Source: Rhodoferax sp. | GTDB taxonomy: Bacteria > Pseudomonadota > Gammaproteobacteria > Burkholderiales > Burkholderiaceae_C | Direction of reading: 5' to 3' | NCBI GenBank assembly: GCA_017997975.1 | Contig: JAGODZ010000039.1 | Coordinates: 1 to 18,353 of the forward strand | Length of the DNA stretch: 18,353 nt | Shown here: piece after piece, positions 1 through 7,975 of the stretch | How positions within the stretch are numbered: the stretch's first letter is position 1 | Layout: every line of letters starts with the position of its first letter | Notes under the pieces: model-generated | Told to the model about the DNA's origin: nothing | Seen by the model: the letters and a program-made list of their open reading frames with translations, nothing else | The model's database searches: none | Program-made: the position numbers and the translations under genes

Positions 1-111
1 CCGGCCACCGTGTCGCTGCTGCTGATTCACTTGAAGAAAAGCAAGTTCAAGGGGTTCGTGTTCGAAAAAGGAAACGCAGAGGCGCAACCCTCAGAAGCGG
101 GTGTGCTTTGA
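1..111 (+). CDS. mnmG: 3' end (partial) of tRNA uridine 5-carboxymethylaminomethyl modification enzyme MnmG (GidA)
   Basis: Frame-1 translation PATVSLLLIHLKKSKFKGFVFEKGNAEAQPSEAGVL* resembles the conserved MnmG C-terminus (…AISLLLVHLKK…). The TGA stop at 109-111 overlaps the rsmG ATG (TGATG), and the order mnmG-rsmG-parAB is the classical synteny. Confidence 0.7.
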   Translation, partial: PATVSLLLIHLKKSKFKGFVFEKGNAEAQPSEAGVL

Positions 112-791
112 TGCGGCCCCTCGAAACCGAACTCCGCCAAGGCCTGCTGGCGCTCGATTTGGCGTTGACAGATGCCCAAGTGGGCCAGCTGTTGGACTAC
201 ATGGCGTTGATTCAGAAGTGGACCAAGGTCTACAACCTGACCGCTGTGCGCAACCCGGTGGAAATGCTGACGCACCATTTGCTGGACAGTTTGGCAGTGA
301 TCAAACCGCTGCGCCAACAGTTGGCGGCTACGGGCATTCAAGCGCGTACCGAGGCATCGGGGAAGCCCTTGCGTTGGCTGGATGTGGGCTCGGGTGCCGG
401 TCTGCCCGGCGCGGTGATCGCCATTTGCTGCCCCGACATGGCGGTGGATTGTGTGGACACGGTGGCCAAGAAAGCGGCCTTCATTCAGCAGGTGGCGCTG
501 GGATTGAAGCTGCCCAACCTGCGCGGTGTGCACGCCCGGGTGGAAAACCTGACTGACAAATACGCGGTGGTCAGCTCGCGTGCCTTTGCCTCACTCGTTG
601 ACTTCACCCAGTGGTCGGTGGCGGCTTTGGCGGAGGAGGGCATTTGGATGGGCATGAAGGGCAAGCATCCCGCCGATGAGATAGCGGCTTTGCCAGTGAC
701 CGTGACTGTGTTTCACGTGGAACAACTGACCGTGCCCGGTCTGGATGCCGAGCGCTGCATCATCTGGATGCGCTTGGCTGAATCGGCTTAG
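111..791 (+). CDS. rsmG: 16S rRNA (guanine527-N7)-methyltransferase RsmG (GidB)
   Basis: 227-aa ORF reading LTDAQVGQLLDYMALIQKWTKVYNLTAVRNPVEMLTHHLLDSL…LDVGSGAGLPG, a typical GidB/RsmG SAM-MTase. It sits directly after mnmG and before the par genes. Confidence 0.9.
   Translation: MRPLETELRQGLLALDLALTDAQVGQLLDYMALIQKWTKVYNLTAVRNPVEMLTHHLLDSLAVIKPLRQQLAATGIQARTEASGKPLRWLDVGSGAGLPGAVIAICCPDMAVDCVDTVAKKAAFIQQVALGLKLPNLRGVHARVENLTDKYAVVSSRAFASLVDFTQWSVAALAEEGIWMGMKGKHPADEIAALPVTVTVFHVEQLTVPGLDAERCIIWMRLAESA
709..724. promoter_or_regulatory. parS-like centromere site inside the rsmG 3' coding region (one mismatch to consensus)
   Basis: TGTTTCACGTGGAACA versus the parS consensus TGTTTCACGTGAAACA. 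parS copies within gidB/rsmG are common. Confidence 0.65.
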
Positions 792-834
792 AAGGCCTTG
801 CGGAAATAGGTTGCAGAAGTTTTTAAGCCTTGTT

Positions 835-1069
835 CATTCCCCCCCTCTCCCCAACCCTCTCCACCCCCGCCGGGGCGGAAAGGGAGCTCAACAGCCGTAT
901 GTGGCCAACGCTTTGTGCGGGGTTGAGTTCAATCTAAAACGCCAACATTCAAACTCGCCGGGAACCATGTTGCCGTGTTCAAGTGGATGCTGCCCTAATC
1001 ACTTTGAAGGTTGGCAAAGCACTATGCACCCCCCACCTTCAAACCCATTGCCAAATACGGCTGTTAAAC
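835..1069. repeat. Divergent first unit of a ~235-bp intergenic repeat cluster; its 5' part is in inverted orientation
   Basis: Segments such as aacagccgtatgtggcc and C-rich ccccctctcc…cccgccggggcgg match the reverse complement of units B and C. The 3' part (cactttgaaggttggc…gccaaatacggctgttaaacgc) matches the unit ends in direct orientation. Confidence 0.6.
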
Positions 1070-1304
1070 GCCACTTTGAAGGTTGGCCGCCCACGTTGAA
1101 CTCGCCCCCTTAAAACACGCGGCCACATAAGGCTGTTGGCCCCCCTCTCTCGCCCGGCGGGGCGAGAGAGGGGTTGGGGGTGAGAGTGGGGGTTGTAACG
1201 CAAGAATGACTACATTTTCAGTAGCAGCTCGCGCAGCCCAGACAAGGGCCAGCGACCCAAAACCCACTCAAAGGCCTTCCGAAACGAGATACGGCTGTTA
1301 AAGG
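1070..1304. repeat. Repeat unit B (~235 bp) containing a perfect 14-bp-stem hairpin at 1141-1172
   Basis: About 93% identical to 1305-1495 at a 235-bp offset. The hairpin is cccctctctcgccc-ggcg-gggcgagagagggg. No credible ORF is present. Confidence 0.85.
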
Positions 1305-1495
1305 CCCCTTTGAATGTTGGCCGCCCACGTTGAACTCGCCCCCTTAAAACACCCGGCCAAATACGGCTGTTGGCCCCCCTCTCTCGCCCGGCGGGGCGAG
1401 AGAGGGGTTGGGGGGTGAGAGTGGGGGCTGTAACGCAAGAATGACTACATTTTCAGTAGCAGCTTGCGCAGTCCCGACAAGGGCTAGAACCTCAA
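1305..1495. repeat. Repeat unit C (tandem copy of unit B) with an identical hairpin at 1375-1406
   Basis: Direct alignment with 1070-1260 shows only a few substitutions. The copy degrades after ~1490. Confidence 0.85.
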
Positions 1496-1664
1496 AAGTC
1501 ATTCAAGGCCTTGCGGGACCAGGTGGCAGAAGTTGCAGCGCAAAAATCGCTGCACCAACCATTAGAACCTGCGCTTGATGAACAAAGCCCCAGCGAGTGG
1601 ATGGCTGGGATCTGAAAAACCGCCAGCGCGTAAACTCGCGCATTCCATTTGAAAGACTTCACCC

Positions 1665-2279
1665 ATGTTCGGCATTGCAGACTACGGCGCATTCGTGATC
1701 GCCATCATTGTGTTCTTGATGATTCCCGGGCCGGGCAACCTGGCCTTGATCACCTCGACCAGCAAGGGCGCTGTACGTGGTGGGTTGGCGGCCACCTTGG
1801 GCGTCATTGTGGGAGATCAGGTGTTGTTGTGGATGGCGGTGGCGGGTGTGGCGACTTTACTGGCCACTTACCCCACAGCATTCCAAGCGGTGCAGTGGCT
1901 GGGCGCGGCCTACCTGGCCTGGCTGGGTGCCAAGATGCTGTTGGCTCAACCCGGTGCCGGGCCAATATTGCACATCAAGCCACACCATTACTTGCGCCAA
2001 GCCATGATGATCACGCTGCTCAACCCCAAAGCCATCGTGTTCTACATGGCCTTCTTTCCTTTGTTTGTGGACCCGGCGCGTCACCAGGGTTTACTGACCT
2101 TTGGCGTCATGGCGGTGACGATTGCCGGGTTGACCTTGGCCTATGGACTGACCGTGGTGCTGCTGACGCACTACTTGGCGGAACGCTTGCGCGCCAATCC
2201 GACGGTCTCAAGCACTTTACAGAAGCTGGCAGGTTTGTTTTTGATTGGCTTTGGCGTGAAATTGGCCCTGTCACGCTAA
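1665..2279 (+). CDS. LysE/RhtB-family amino-acid exporter (homoserine/threonine efflux type)
   Basis: 204-aa polytopic membrane protein with N-terminus MFGIADYGAFVIAIIVFLMIPGPGNLALIT, the hallmark of LysE-type translocators. The ATG is at 1665. Confidence 0.85.
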   Translation: MFGIADYGAFVIAIIVFLMIPGPGNLALITSTSKGAVRGGLAATLGVIVGDQVLLWMAVAGVATLLATYPTAFQAVQWLGAAYLAWLGAKMLLAQPGAGPILHIKPHHYLRQAMMITLLNPKAIVFYMAFFPLFVDPARHQGLLTFGVMAVTIAGLTLAYGLTVVLLTHYLAERLRANPTVSSTLQKLAGLFLIGFGVKLALSR

Positions 2280-2303
2280 GCGCTTGAACCTACACTCTCA
2301 GGG

Positions 2304-2319
2304 TGTTTCACGTGAAACA
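2304..2319. promoter_or_regulatory. Consensus parS site 50 bp upstream of parA
   Basis: Exact 16-bp palindrome TGTTTCACGTGAAACA. Confidence 0.85.
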
Positions 2320-2368
2320 CACGCACTTCGCCCCTGACATCTGACACTCTCTTTCAAATACCTATCTC

Positions 2369-3157
2369 ATGGCCAAAATATTCTGCGTTGCGAATCAAAA
2401 AGGTGGTGTTGGCAAAACCACCACCACGCTCAACCTTGCGGCCAGTTTGGCCAAAATTGGGCAGCGGGTGCTGATGGTGGACCTCGACCCCCAGGGCAAC
2501 GCCACCATGGGGTCGGGGGTAGACAAGCGCAAGTTGGAGCTCACCATTTACGATGTGCTGCTGGAGTCTGCCACCGTGGCCGAAGCCCGGGTCAAGAGCG
2601 AGAAGCTCATAGCAGCGGGGTGCAGCTATGACATTTTGGGCGCCAACCGAGAGTTGGCCGGTGCCGAGATCGAAATGGTCGGGTTGGAGCGGCGCGAAAA
2701 CCGCATGAAAACCGCGCTGGCCACGGTGGCCGATGACTATGACTTCATCCTGATTGATTGCCCGCCCAGCCTGTCTTTGCTCACGCTGAATGGCTTGTGC
2801 AGCGCCAATGGCGTGATTGTGCCCATGCAGTGTGAGTACTTTGCCCTTGAAGGGTTGACCGATTTGGTCAACACCATCAAGCAGGTGCACGCCAATTTGA
2901 ACAAGGAGCTGGTCATCATCGGCTTGCTGCGCGTGATGTTTGACCCGCGCATCACCCTGCAAAGTCAGGTCAGCGAGCAACTCAAGACCCACTTTGGCGG
3001 CAAGGTGTTTGACACCGTCATTCCCCGCAACGTGCGATTGGCCGAGGCCCCCAGCTATGGCGTGCCGGGGGTGGTGTTTGACCCCTCTAGCAAGGGCGCG
3101 CAGGCGTTTATTGCTTTTGCCAATGAGATGGTCGAACGCGGTAAACAATCAGCATGA
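2369..3157 (+). CDS. parA: Chromosome partitioning ATPase ParA (Soj)
   Basis: MAKIFCVANQKGGVGKTTTTLNLAASLA (deviant Walker A), 262 aa, adjacent to parS and parB. Confidence 0.93.
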   Translation: MAKIFCVANQKGGVGKTTTTLNLAASLAKIGQRVLMVDLDPQGNATMGSGVDKRKLELTIYDVLLESATVAEARVKSEKLIAAGCSYDILGANRELAGAEIEMVGLERRENRMKTALATVADDYDFILIDCPPSLSLLTLNGLCSANGVIVPMQCEYFALEGLTDLVNTIKQVHANLNKELVIIGLLRVMFDPRITLQSQVSEQLKTHFGGKVFDTVIPRNVRLAEAPSYGVPGVVFDPSSKGAQAFIAFANEMVERGKQSA

Positions 3158-3212
3158 AATGGGCCTCTGGCCCAAGTGGCATCTGCGCCAGTAACTCTTA
3201 AAACCATAGCAA

Positions 3213-3770
3213 ATGAAATCGTCCAACATTTTGATTCTGCCGGGGTGGCAAAACTCCGGCCCCGAGCACTGGCAAAGCCTGTGGGAGCGGGACTTGGGTT
3301 ACCAGCGGGTCGAGCAACACGACTGGATGCGCCCGCTGCGCGGCGACTGGATTTCGCGCTTGGAAGACGTGCTCTTGTCGTGCGATGAGTCTGCCGTGCT
3401 GGTGGCGCACAGCTTGGGCTGCCTGCTGGTGGCGGCGTGGGCCTCACACTCGCGCAACACGCACCGGGTCAAGGCGGCGTTGCTGGTCGGTCCCGGTGAC
3501 CCGGAGCGTGAACATTTGCGCCCTGTGCTCACCAGCTGGTCGCCCGTGCCGTTGCAAACGCTGCCCTTTCCCTCCGTGTTGGTGGGCAGCCAGAACGACC
3601 CGTATTGCTCTTTTGAGCGCGCCCAACTGTTTGCCAGCGCTTGGGGCAGTACCTTTGTTGACGCGGGTGAGCAGGGCCACCTCAATGCCGAATCGGGCCT
3701 AGGCCACTGGCCAACAGGCCAGGCGTTGCTGGCACCCTTGCTCTCCTTACCGACCCCTCAACCCGACTGA
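3213..3770 (+). CDS. YdeN/RBBP9-type alpha/beta serine hydrolase (PF06821-like)
   Basis: N-terminus MKSSNILILPGWQNSGPEHWQSLWE and nucleophile elbow AHSLGC (G-x-S-x-G) are typical of the small Ser_hydrolase family. 185 aa. It sits between parA and parB. Confidence 0.75.
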   Translation: MKSSNILILPGWQNSGPEHWQSLWERDLGYQRVEQHDWMRPLRGDWISRLEDVLLSCDESAVLVAHSLGCLLVAAWASHSRNTHRVKAALLVGPGDPEREHLRPVLTSWSPVPLQTLPFPSVLVGSQNDPYCSFERAQLFASAWGSTFVDAGEQGHLNAESGLGHWPTGQALLAPLLSLPTPQPD

Positions 3771-3781
3771 GACACCGATTC

Positions 3782-4723
3782 ATGGCCACGAAAAAACCAA
3801 AAGGCTTAGGCCTCGGACTCGAAGCCCTGTTGGGCCCCAAGGTGGCCGACGGCGCCTCGCTGGACGACACCCACTCGGGTGGCGCTACACCGGCTTTGCC
3901 ATCCACGCTGATGCTCACTGAGCTGGTGGCGGGCATGTACCAGCCGCGCACGCGCATGGACGAGGGCGCGCTGTACGAGCTGGCCGAGTCGATCAAAGCG
4001 CAAGGCATCATGCAGCCGATTTTGGTGCGCCAACTCAAAGACGGTGACAACCAGGGCAAGTACGAAATCATTGCCGGTGAGCGCCGGTTCCGCGCCGCCA
4101 AACTCGCGGGACTGGACAGCGTGCCCGTGCTGGTGCGTGATGTGCCCAACGAGTCCGCGGCCGCCATGGCGCTGATCGAAAACATGCAGCGCGAAGACCT
4201 CAACCCTTTGGAAGAGGCACAAGGCTTGCAGCGGCTGGTGAAAGAGTTTGGCCTCACGCATGAGCAGGCGGCGCAAGCGGTGGGGCGCTCACGCAGTGCG
4301 GCCAGCAACCTGCTGCGCCTGCTGAACCTGACCGAGCCGGTGCAGACCATGCTGATGGCGGGCGACATTGACATGGGTCACGCCCGCGCTTTGCTGATGC
4401 TGGAGCATGGCGCGCAGGTCACCGCGGCCAGCCAAATTGCGGCCAAAAAAATGTCGGTGCGCGAAGCCGAAGGTTTGGTGAAAAAACTCAGCACCGAGTT
4501 CTCGCTGACCTCCACCCCGCCCAAAAAAGAAAAGTCCCGTGACATGAAACGGGTGGAAGAGGCCTTGTCTGACCTGCTGATGGCCGAAGTCGAAATCCGC
4601 GTCAAAAAGCGCGTCAAGCGGGCAGGGCGCATGGAAGAGCAAGGTGAGCTCAGCATTCAGTTTGGCTCGCTCGACGAGTTGAATGGTTTGTTGGACAAGC
4701 TCAACCGCGCCGCCACCCGCTAA
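3782..4723 (+). CDS. parB: Chromosome partitioning protein ParB (Spo0J)
   Basis: MATKKPKGLGLGLEALLG… with GERRFRAAKLAGL (ParB box) and an HTH segment. 313 aa. Confidence 0.93.
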   Translation: MATKKPKGLGLGLEALLGPKVADGASLDDTHSGGATPALPSTLMLTELVAGMYQPRTRMDEGALYELAESIKAQGIMQPILVRQLKDGDNQGKYEIIAGERRFRAAKLAGLDSVPVLVRDVPNESAAAMALIENMQREDLNPLEEAQGLQRLVKEFGLTHEQAAQAVGRSRSAASNLLRLLNLTEPVQTMLMAGDIDMGHARALLMLEHGAQVTAASQIAAKKMSVREAEGLVKKLSTEFSLTSTPPKKEKSRDMKRVEEALSDLLMAEVEIRVKKRVKRAGRMEEQGELSIQFGSLDELNGLLDKLNRAATR

Positions 4724-4778
4724 CCCACACGCTAATCCACACGCTCTGTTCGTGGTCTTGGCTCGCCGCCCATCGCTG

Positions 4779-5507
4779 ATGTGGCCTTTGCCTGCTGTAC
4801 TGGCTTGGGCATTGGCGTGGGGCGTTTTTGCGGGCCTGCAACGCTGGGGGGCGGCTGCTGTCGTGGCGCTGGCGTTGGCCTGTGCCGTGGGCGTCGCCCT
4901 GAGCTTGCTGGGCCCGACTTGGTGGCGACGTCTCATGATTGGCTTGGGCTTTCCCCTGTCATTGGCCTTGTCGGGGGCCGTTAGCTTGCCCGCGTGGGCA
5001 TGGCTGCTGCCGCTGGCCTTGCTGCTGCTGATTTACCCCTTGAACGCGTGGCGCGATGCCCCCCTGTTTCCCACGCCTCCGAATGCGCTGCGTGAACTGG
5101 CGGCGCAGGCCCCGTTGCCCCACGCCGCCTTGGTGTTGGATGCGGGCTGTGGCTTGGGCGACGGACTCAAGGCCTTGCGCCAAGCCTACCCTCAGGCACA
5201 GCTTCAGGGCTTGGAATACGCGTGGCCGCTGCGCGCTTGGTGTGCCCTGCGCTGCCCCTGGGCGCGGGTACGCCAAGGTGACCTTTGGCGCAGCAGCTGG
5301 CGGCCCTATGCCATGGTGTACCTGTTTCAGCGGCCCGAGAGCATGCCCCGCGCCATGGCCAAAGCGCAGGCTGAGTTGGTCAGCGGCGCGTGGCTGGTGA
5401 GCTTAGAGTTTGAGGCGCTGGACTGGGTGCCCACAGCCCGCCTGCCGTGCCCTGATGGCCGGCCCCTGTGGCTTTATCAAATGCCCTTGATCGCCCGCTT
5501 GCACTGA
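4779..5507 (+). CDS. Membrane-anchored class I SAM-dependent methyltransferase
   Basis: N-terminal hydrophobic segments (≈3-4 predicted TM helices) followed by SAM motif I VLDAGCGLGDGL. Start is assigned to the ATG at 4779; the track's TTG at 4683 would overlap parB by 41 bp. Function unknown. Confidence 0.55.
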   Translation: MWPLPAVLAWALAWGVFAGLQRWGAAAVVALALACAVGVALSLLGPTWWRRLMIGLGFPLSLALSGAVSLPAWAWLLPLALLLLIYPLNAWRDAPLFPTPPNALRELAAQAPLPHAALVLDAGCGLGDGLKALRQAYPQAQLQGLEYAWPLRAWCALRCPWARVRQGDLWRSSWRPYAMVYLFQRPESMPRAMAKAQAELVSGAWLVSLEFEALDWVPTARLPCPDGRPLWLYQMPLIARLH

Positions 5508-5599
5508 GCCGTGAGGTGGCCATAATGGCGAAGTAACTTTTGTCCTTCTCCCGGTGGTTGAACTGTCAGGACCGGGAATGATCACTACCTAGGAATTGC

Positions 5600-6352
5600 A
5601 TGGTCAACCCCCTCCACCCGACCCTTGAGCGCCGTCGTGCTGACCCCACGCGTTCCGCCATGGCGGTCGGTCTCTTCGCCATGGCGTCATTGATTGAAAC
5701 CCGTGATTCGGACTCGGACAAGCACATTCTTCGGGTTCAAAACTACCTCCAGGTACTGGCGCAACGCCTGAGCACCCATCCCCCGTTCACAGACCGTCTG
5801 ACTGAGGACTACACGAACGATCTGATTCGTTTTGCCCCGTTGTATGACATGGGCACCATTGGCATTCCTGATCGGATTTTGCTCAAGCCCGGTCGCCTGA
5901 CGCCGCGCGAGTATGAAATCATGCAGACCCACACCACGCTGGCCTTTGATGCGATTGAGCGAGCCGAGCAGACCCTGGGCCTGCACGCCGAGCAATTGCA
6001 GCTGTTGAAAGAACTGGTGCATTGCCACCAAGAGAAATGGGATGGCAGTGGTTATCCGCGCGGCTTGGTGGGCAATGAGATTCCCTTGTCCGCGCGCTTG
6101 TTGGCTGTGGCGGATGTGTACGATGCGCTGATTTCAGACAAAGTCTATAAATCAGGGGTCAGCCACGACAAGGCGGTGGGCATTATCTTTCAAGGGCGAG
6201 AAAGCCATTTTGACCCCGACGTGGTGGATGCCTTCATGGACATACAAGACCAGTTCGACGCCATCGCCCAAAAGCATGCCGATACCGCGCAGGACATGCA
6301 ACAGAAGATTGACTACTTGGCCAACGCCATCGCTGAAGACGCTGAGATGTAA
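5600..6352 (+). CDS. Standalone HD-GYP-domain protein with substituted metal-ligand residues (c-di-GMP phosphodiesterase family)
   Basis: Motifs KHILRV, APLYDMGTIGIPD (HD→YD, GK→GT), HCHQEKWDGSGYPRGL (HHE→HQE, GYP intact) and VADVYDAL. An AGGAA RBS lies 6 nt upstream of the ATG. Confidence 0.8.
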   Translation: MVNPLHPTLERRRADPTRSAMAVGLFAMASLIETRDSDSDKHILRVQNYLQVLAQRLSTHPPFTDRLTEDYTNDLIRFAPLYDMGTIGIPDRILLKPGRLTPREYEIMQTHTTLAFDAIERAEQTLGLHAEQLQLLKELVHCHQEKWDGSGYPRGLVGNEIPLSARLLAVADVYDALISDKVYKSGVSHDKAVGIIFQGRESHFDPDVVDAFMDIQDQFDAIAQKHADTAQDMQQKIDYLANAIAEDAEM

Positions 6353-6466
6353 ACACGGCGCTGGGTTGGAGGGCTTGGAGACTGTTGGCGGATCGCTGCT
6401 CAGGTCGGCGTTGTATGACAAATCTACCTCTGGCCCTTGCCCCACGTGCGCAAGAAGCTATCAAAA

Positions 6467-7906
6467 TCAGAGCATGAAAATCTTGCCGGGGTTCAAGATG
6501 TTCTTGGGGTCCAGCGCTTGTTTGAGGGTGCGCATCATGGCCACAGCACCCGGCCCGGCCTCGCTCACCAGAAAATCCATTTTGTGCAGCCCAATGCCGT
6601 GCTCCCCGCTGCAAGTGCCTTCCATGCTCAGGGCGCGGTTGACCAACGCGTGGTTCAAGCGCTCGGCGGTCTCGCGCTCTTCAGGCAGATCAGGGTCGAT
6701 CAGGTAACCAAAGTGAAAGTTGCCGTCGCCCACGTGGCCCACCAAAAAGTAGGGAATGCCCGTCGCGTCGGCTTCGGTGATCGACGCCAGCAGGCAATCG
6801 GCCAGTCGGGAAATCGGCACGCAGGTGTCGGTGGAAATGGCACGGCAACCCGGTTTAGACTGAATGGCGGCAAAGTAGGCGTTGTGCCGGGCGGTCCACA
6901 AGCGGGTGCGTTCTTCGGGCGTGGTGGCCCATTCAAACGCACCGCTGTCGGTGGCCACGCCATGCTCGGCGGCAATCTCCTGCACCAACAGCGCTTGCTC
7001 TTTGACACCGGTGGGTGAGCCGTGAAACTCCATCAGCAGCAGCGGTTCCTCCCGCAGGCCCAACTTGGCATAGGCGTTGACCATGCGCACCGTGTTGGCG
7101 TCAATCAGCTCCACCCGGGCAATCGGAATACCCATTTGAATGATTTGAATGGTGGTGCGCACCGCCGCTTCAATGCTGGGAAAAGAGCAAATCGCCGCTG
7201 AAATGGCCTCGGGCAGCGGGTACAGCTTGACCGTGATTTGAGTGATCACGCCCAGCGTGCCTTCCGAGCCCACCATGAGCCGCGTCAGGTCGTAGCCTGC
7301 GCTGCTCTTTTTGGCACGGGTACCCGTGCGAATGATCTCGCCGCTGGCGGTCACCACTTCGAGGGCCAGCACGTTTTCCCGCATGGTGCCGTAGCGCACG
7401 GCATTGGTGCCACTGGCGCGGGTGGCCGCCATGCCACCCAGGCTGGCGTCAGCGCCGGGGTCAATCGGAAAGAACAGGCCGGTGGACTTAACCGCTTCGT
7501 TGAGTTGCTTGCGGGTGACCCCTGGCTGCACGGTCACGGTCAGGTCTTCGGCGTTGATGGACAGCACCGCGTTCATGCGGCTTACATCCAAACTGATGCC
7601 GCCTTGCACCGCCAGCAAATGCCCTTCCAGCGACGAGCCCACGCCAAAGGCAATCACCGGCACGCTGTACTGGCTGGCCAGCGCCACCGTGTCCGCCACG
7701 TCTTGCGTGCGCTCTGCAAACACCACGGCGGCGGGCGGCGGCACGGTGGTGAAGGCCGACTCGTCGCGCCCATGCTGCTCGCGCACCACCAGGGCGGTGG
7801 AGCACTGCGTGCCAAAGCGGGCTTTCAGTGCGTTCAGCATCGCCTCCGGCACCTCGTGGGTGTGAACTTCGGGCAGCACATGGCTGAGGGGGGTGGGTGC
7901 GTTCAT
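6467..7906 (-). CDS. FAD-linked oxidase (GlcD / D-lactate / D-2-hydroxyacid dehydrogenase family)
   Basis: 479 aa with a PCMH-type FAD-binding domain (…VVFAERTQDVADTVALASQYSVPVIAFGVGSSLEGH…) and a C-terminal FAD-oxidase_C region. Confidence 0.85.
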   Translation of the reverse strand: MNAPTPLSHVLPEVHTHEVPEAMLNALKARFGTQCSTALVVREQHGRDESAFTTVPPPAAVVFAERTQDVADTVALASQYSVPVIAFGVGSSLEGHLLAVQGGISLDVSRMNAVLSINAEDLTVTVQPGVTRKQLNEAVKSTGLFFPIDPGADASLGGMAATRASGTNAVRYGTMRENVLALEVVTASGEIIRTGTRAKKSSAGYDLTRLMVGSEGTLGVITQITVKLYPLPEAISAAICSFPSIEAAVRTTIQIIQMGIPIARVELIDANTVRMVNAYAKLGLREEPLLLMEFHGSPTGVKEQALLVQEIAAEHGVATDSGAFEWATTPEERTRLWTARHNAYFAAIQSKPGCRAISTDTCVPISRLADCLLASITEADATGIPYFLVGHVGDGNFHFGYLIDPDLPEERETAERLNHALVNRALSMEGTCSGEHGIGLHKMDFLVSEAGPGAVAMMRTLKQALDPKNILNPGKIFML

Positions 7907-7975
7907 GGTGTTGTCTCCAATGCAGTGAAGAGTCCATTTTGAGGCAAAGGCTGCCCAGTAACTGAGTACGGCGGT

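Noticed and set aside
27-533. Long antisense ORFs overlapping well-supported genes (e.g. 27-533 -, 2354-3148 -, 3682-4374 -, 10927-12009 -, 12016-13110 -, 14548-15027 +, 15737-16375 +, 17511-18182 +)
   Set aside because: These are typical shadow ORFs in GC-rich DNA. The opposite strand carries genes with clear family signatures, and the shadow products are low-complexity (R/A/G/H-rich).
745-1267. ORFs 745-1113 (+) and 1064-1267 (-) inside the repeat cluster
   Set aside because: Translations are proline/glycine low-complexity strings that follow the repeat periodicity, with no RBS or family resemblance. They are an artefact of repeated GC-rich sequence.
835-1500. CRISPR array
   Set aside because: The period is ~235 bp, not 28-37-bp repeats with unique spacers, and no cas genes are present.
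792-1664. Possibility that the large non-coding region after rsmG is oriC
   Set aside because: No DnaA boxes (TTATCCACA/TGTGGATAA or close variants) and no AT-rich unwinding element are visible. In betaproteobacteria oriC normally sits next to dnaA. The region is explained by the repeat cluster.
1649-2287. Alternative +frame ORF 1649-2287 overlapping the LysE gene
   Set aside because: An out-of-frame overlap with a product rich in R/G/H. The 1665 frame gives the characteristic LysE N-terminus and hydrophobic profile.
5526-5536. Near-palindrome GCCATAATGGC upstream of the HD-GYP gene
   Set aside because: Only 5-bp arms, which is below what I would trust as an operator without conservation data.
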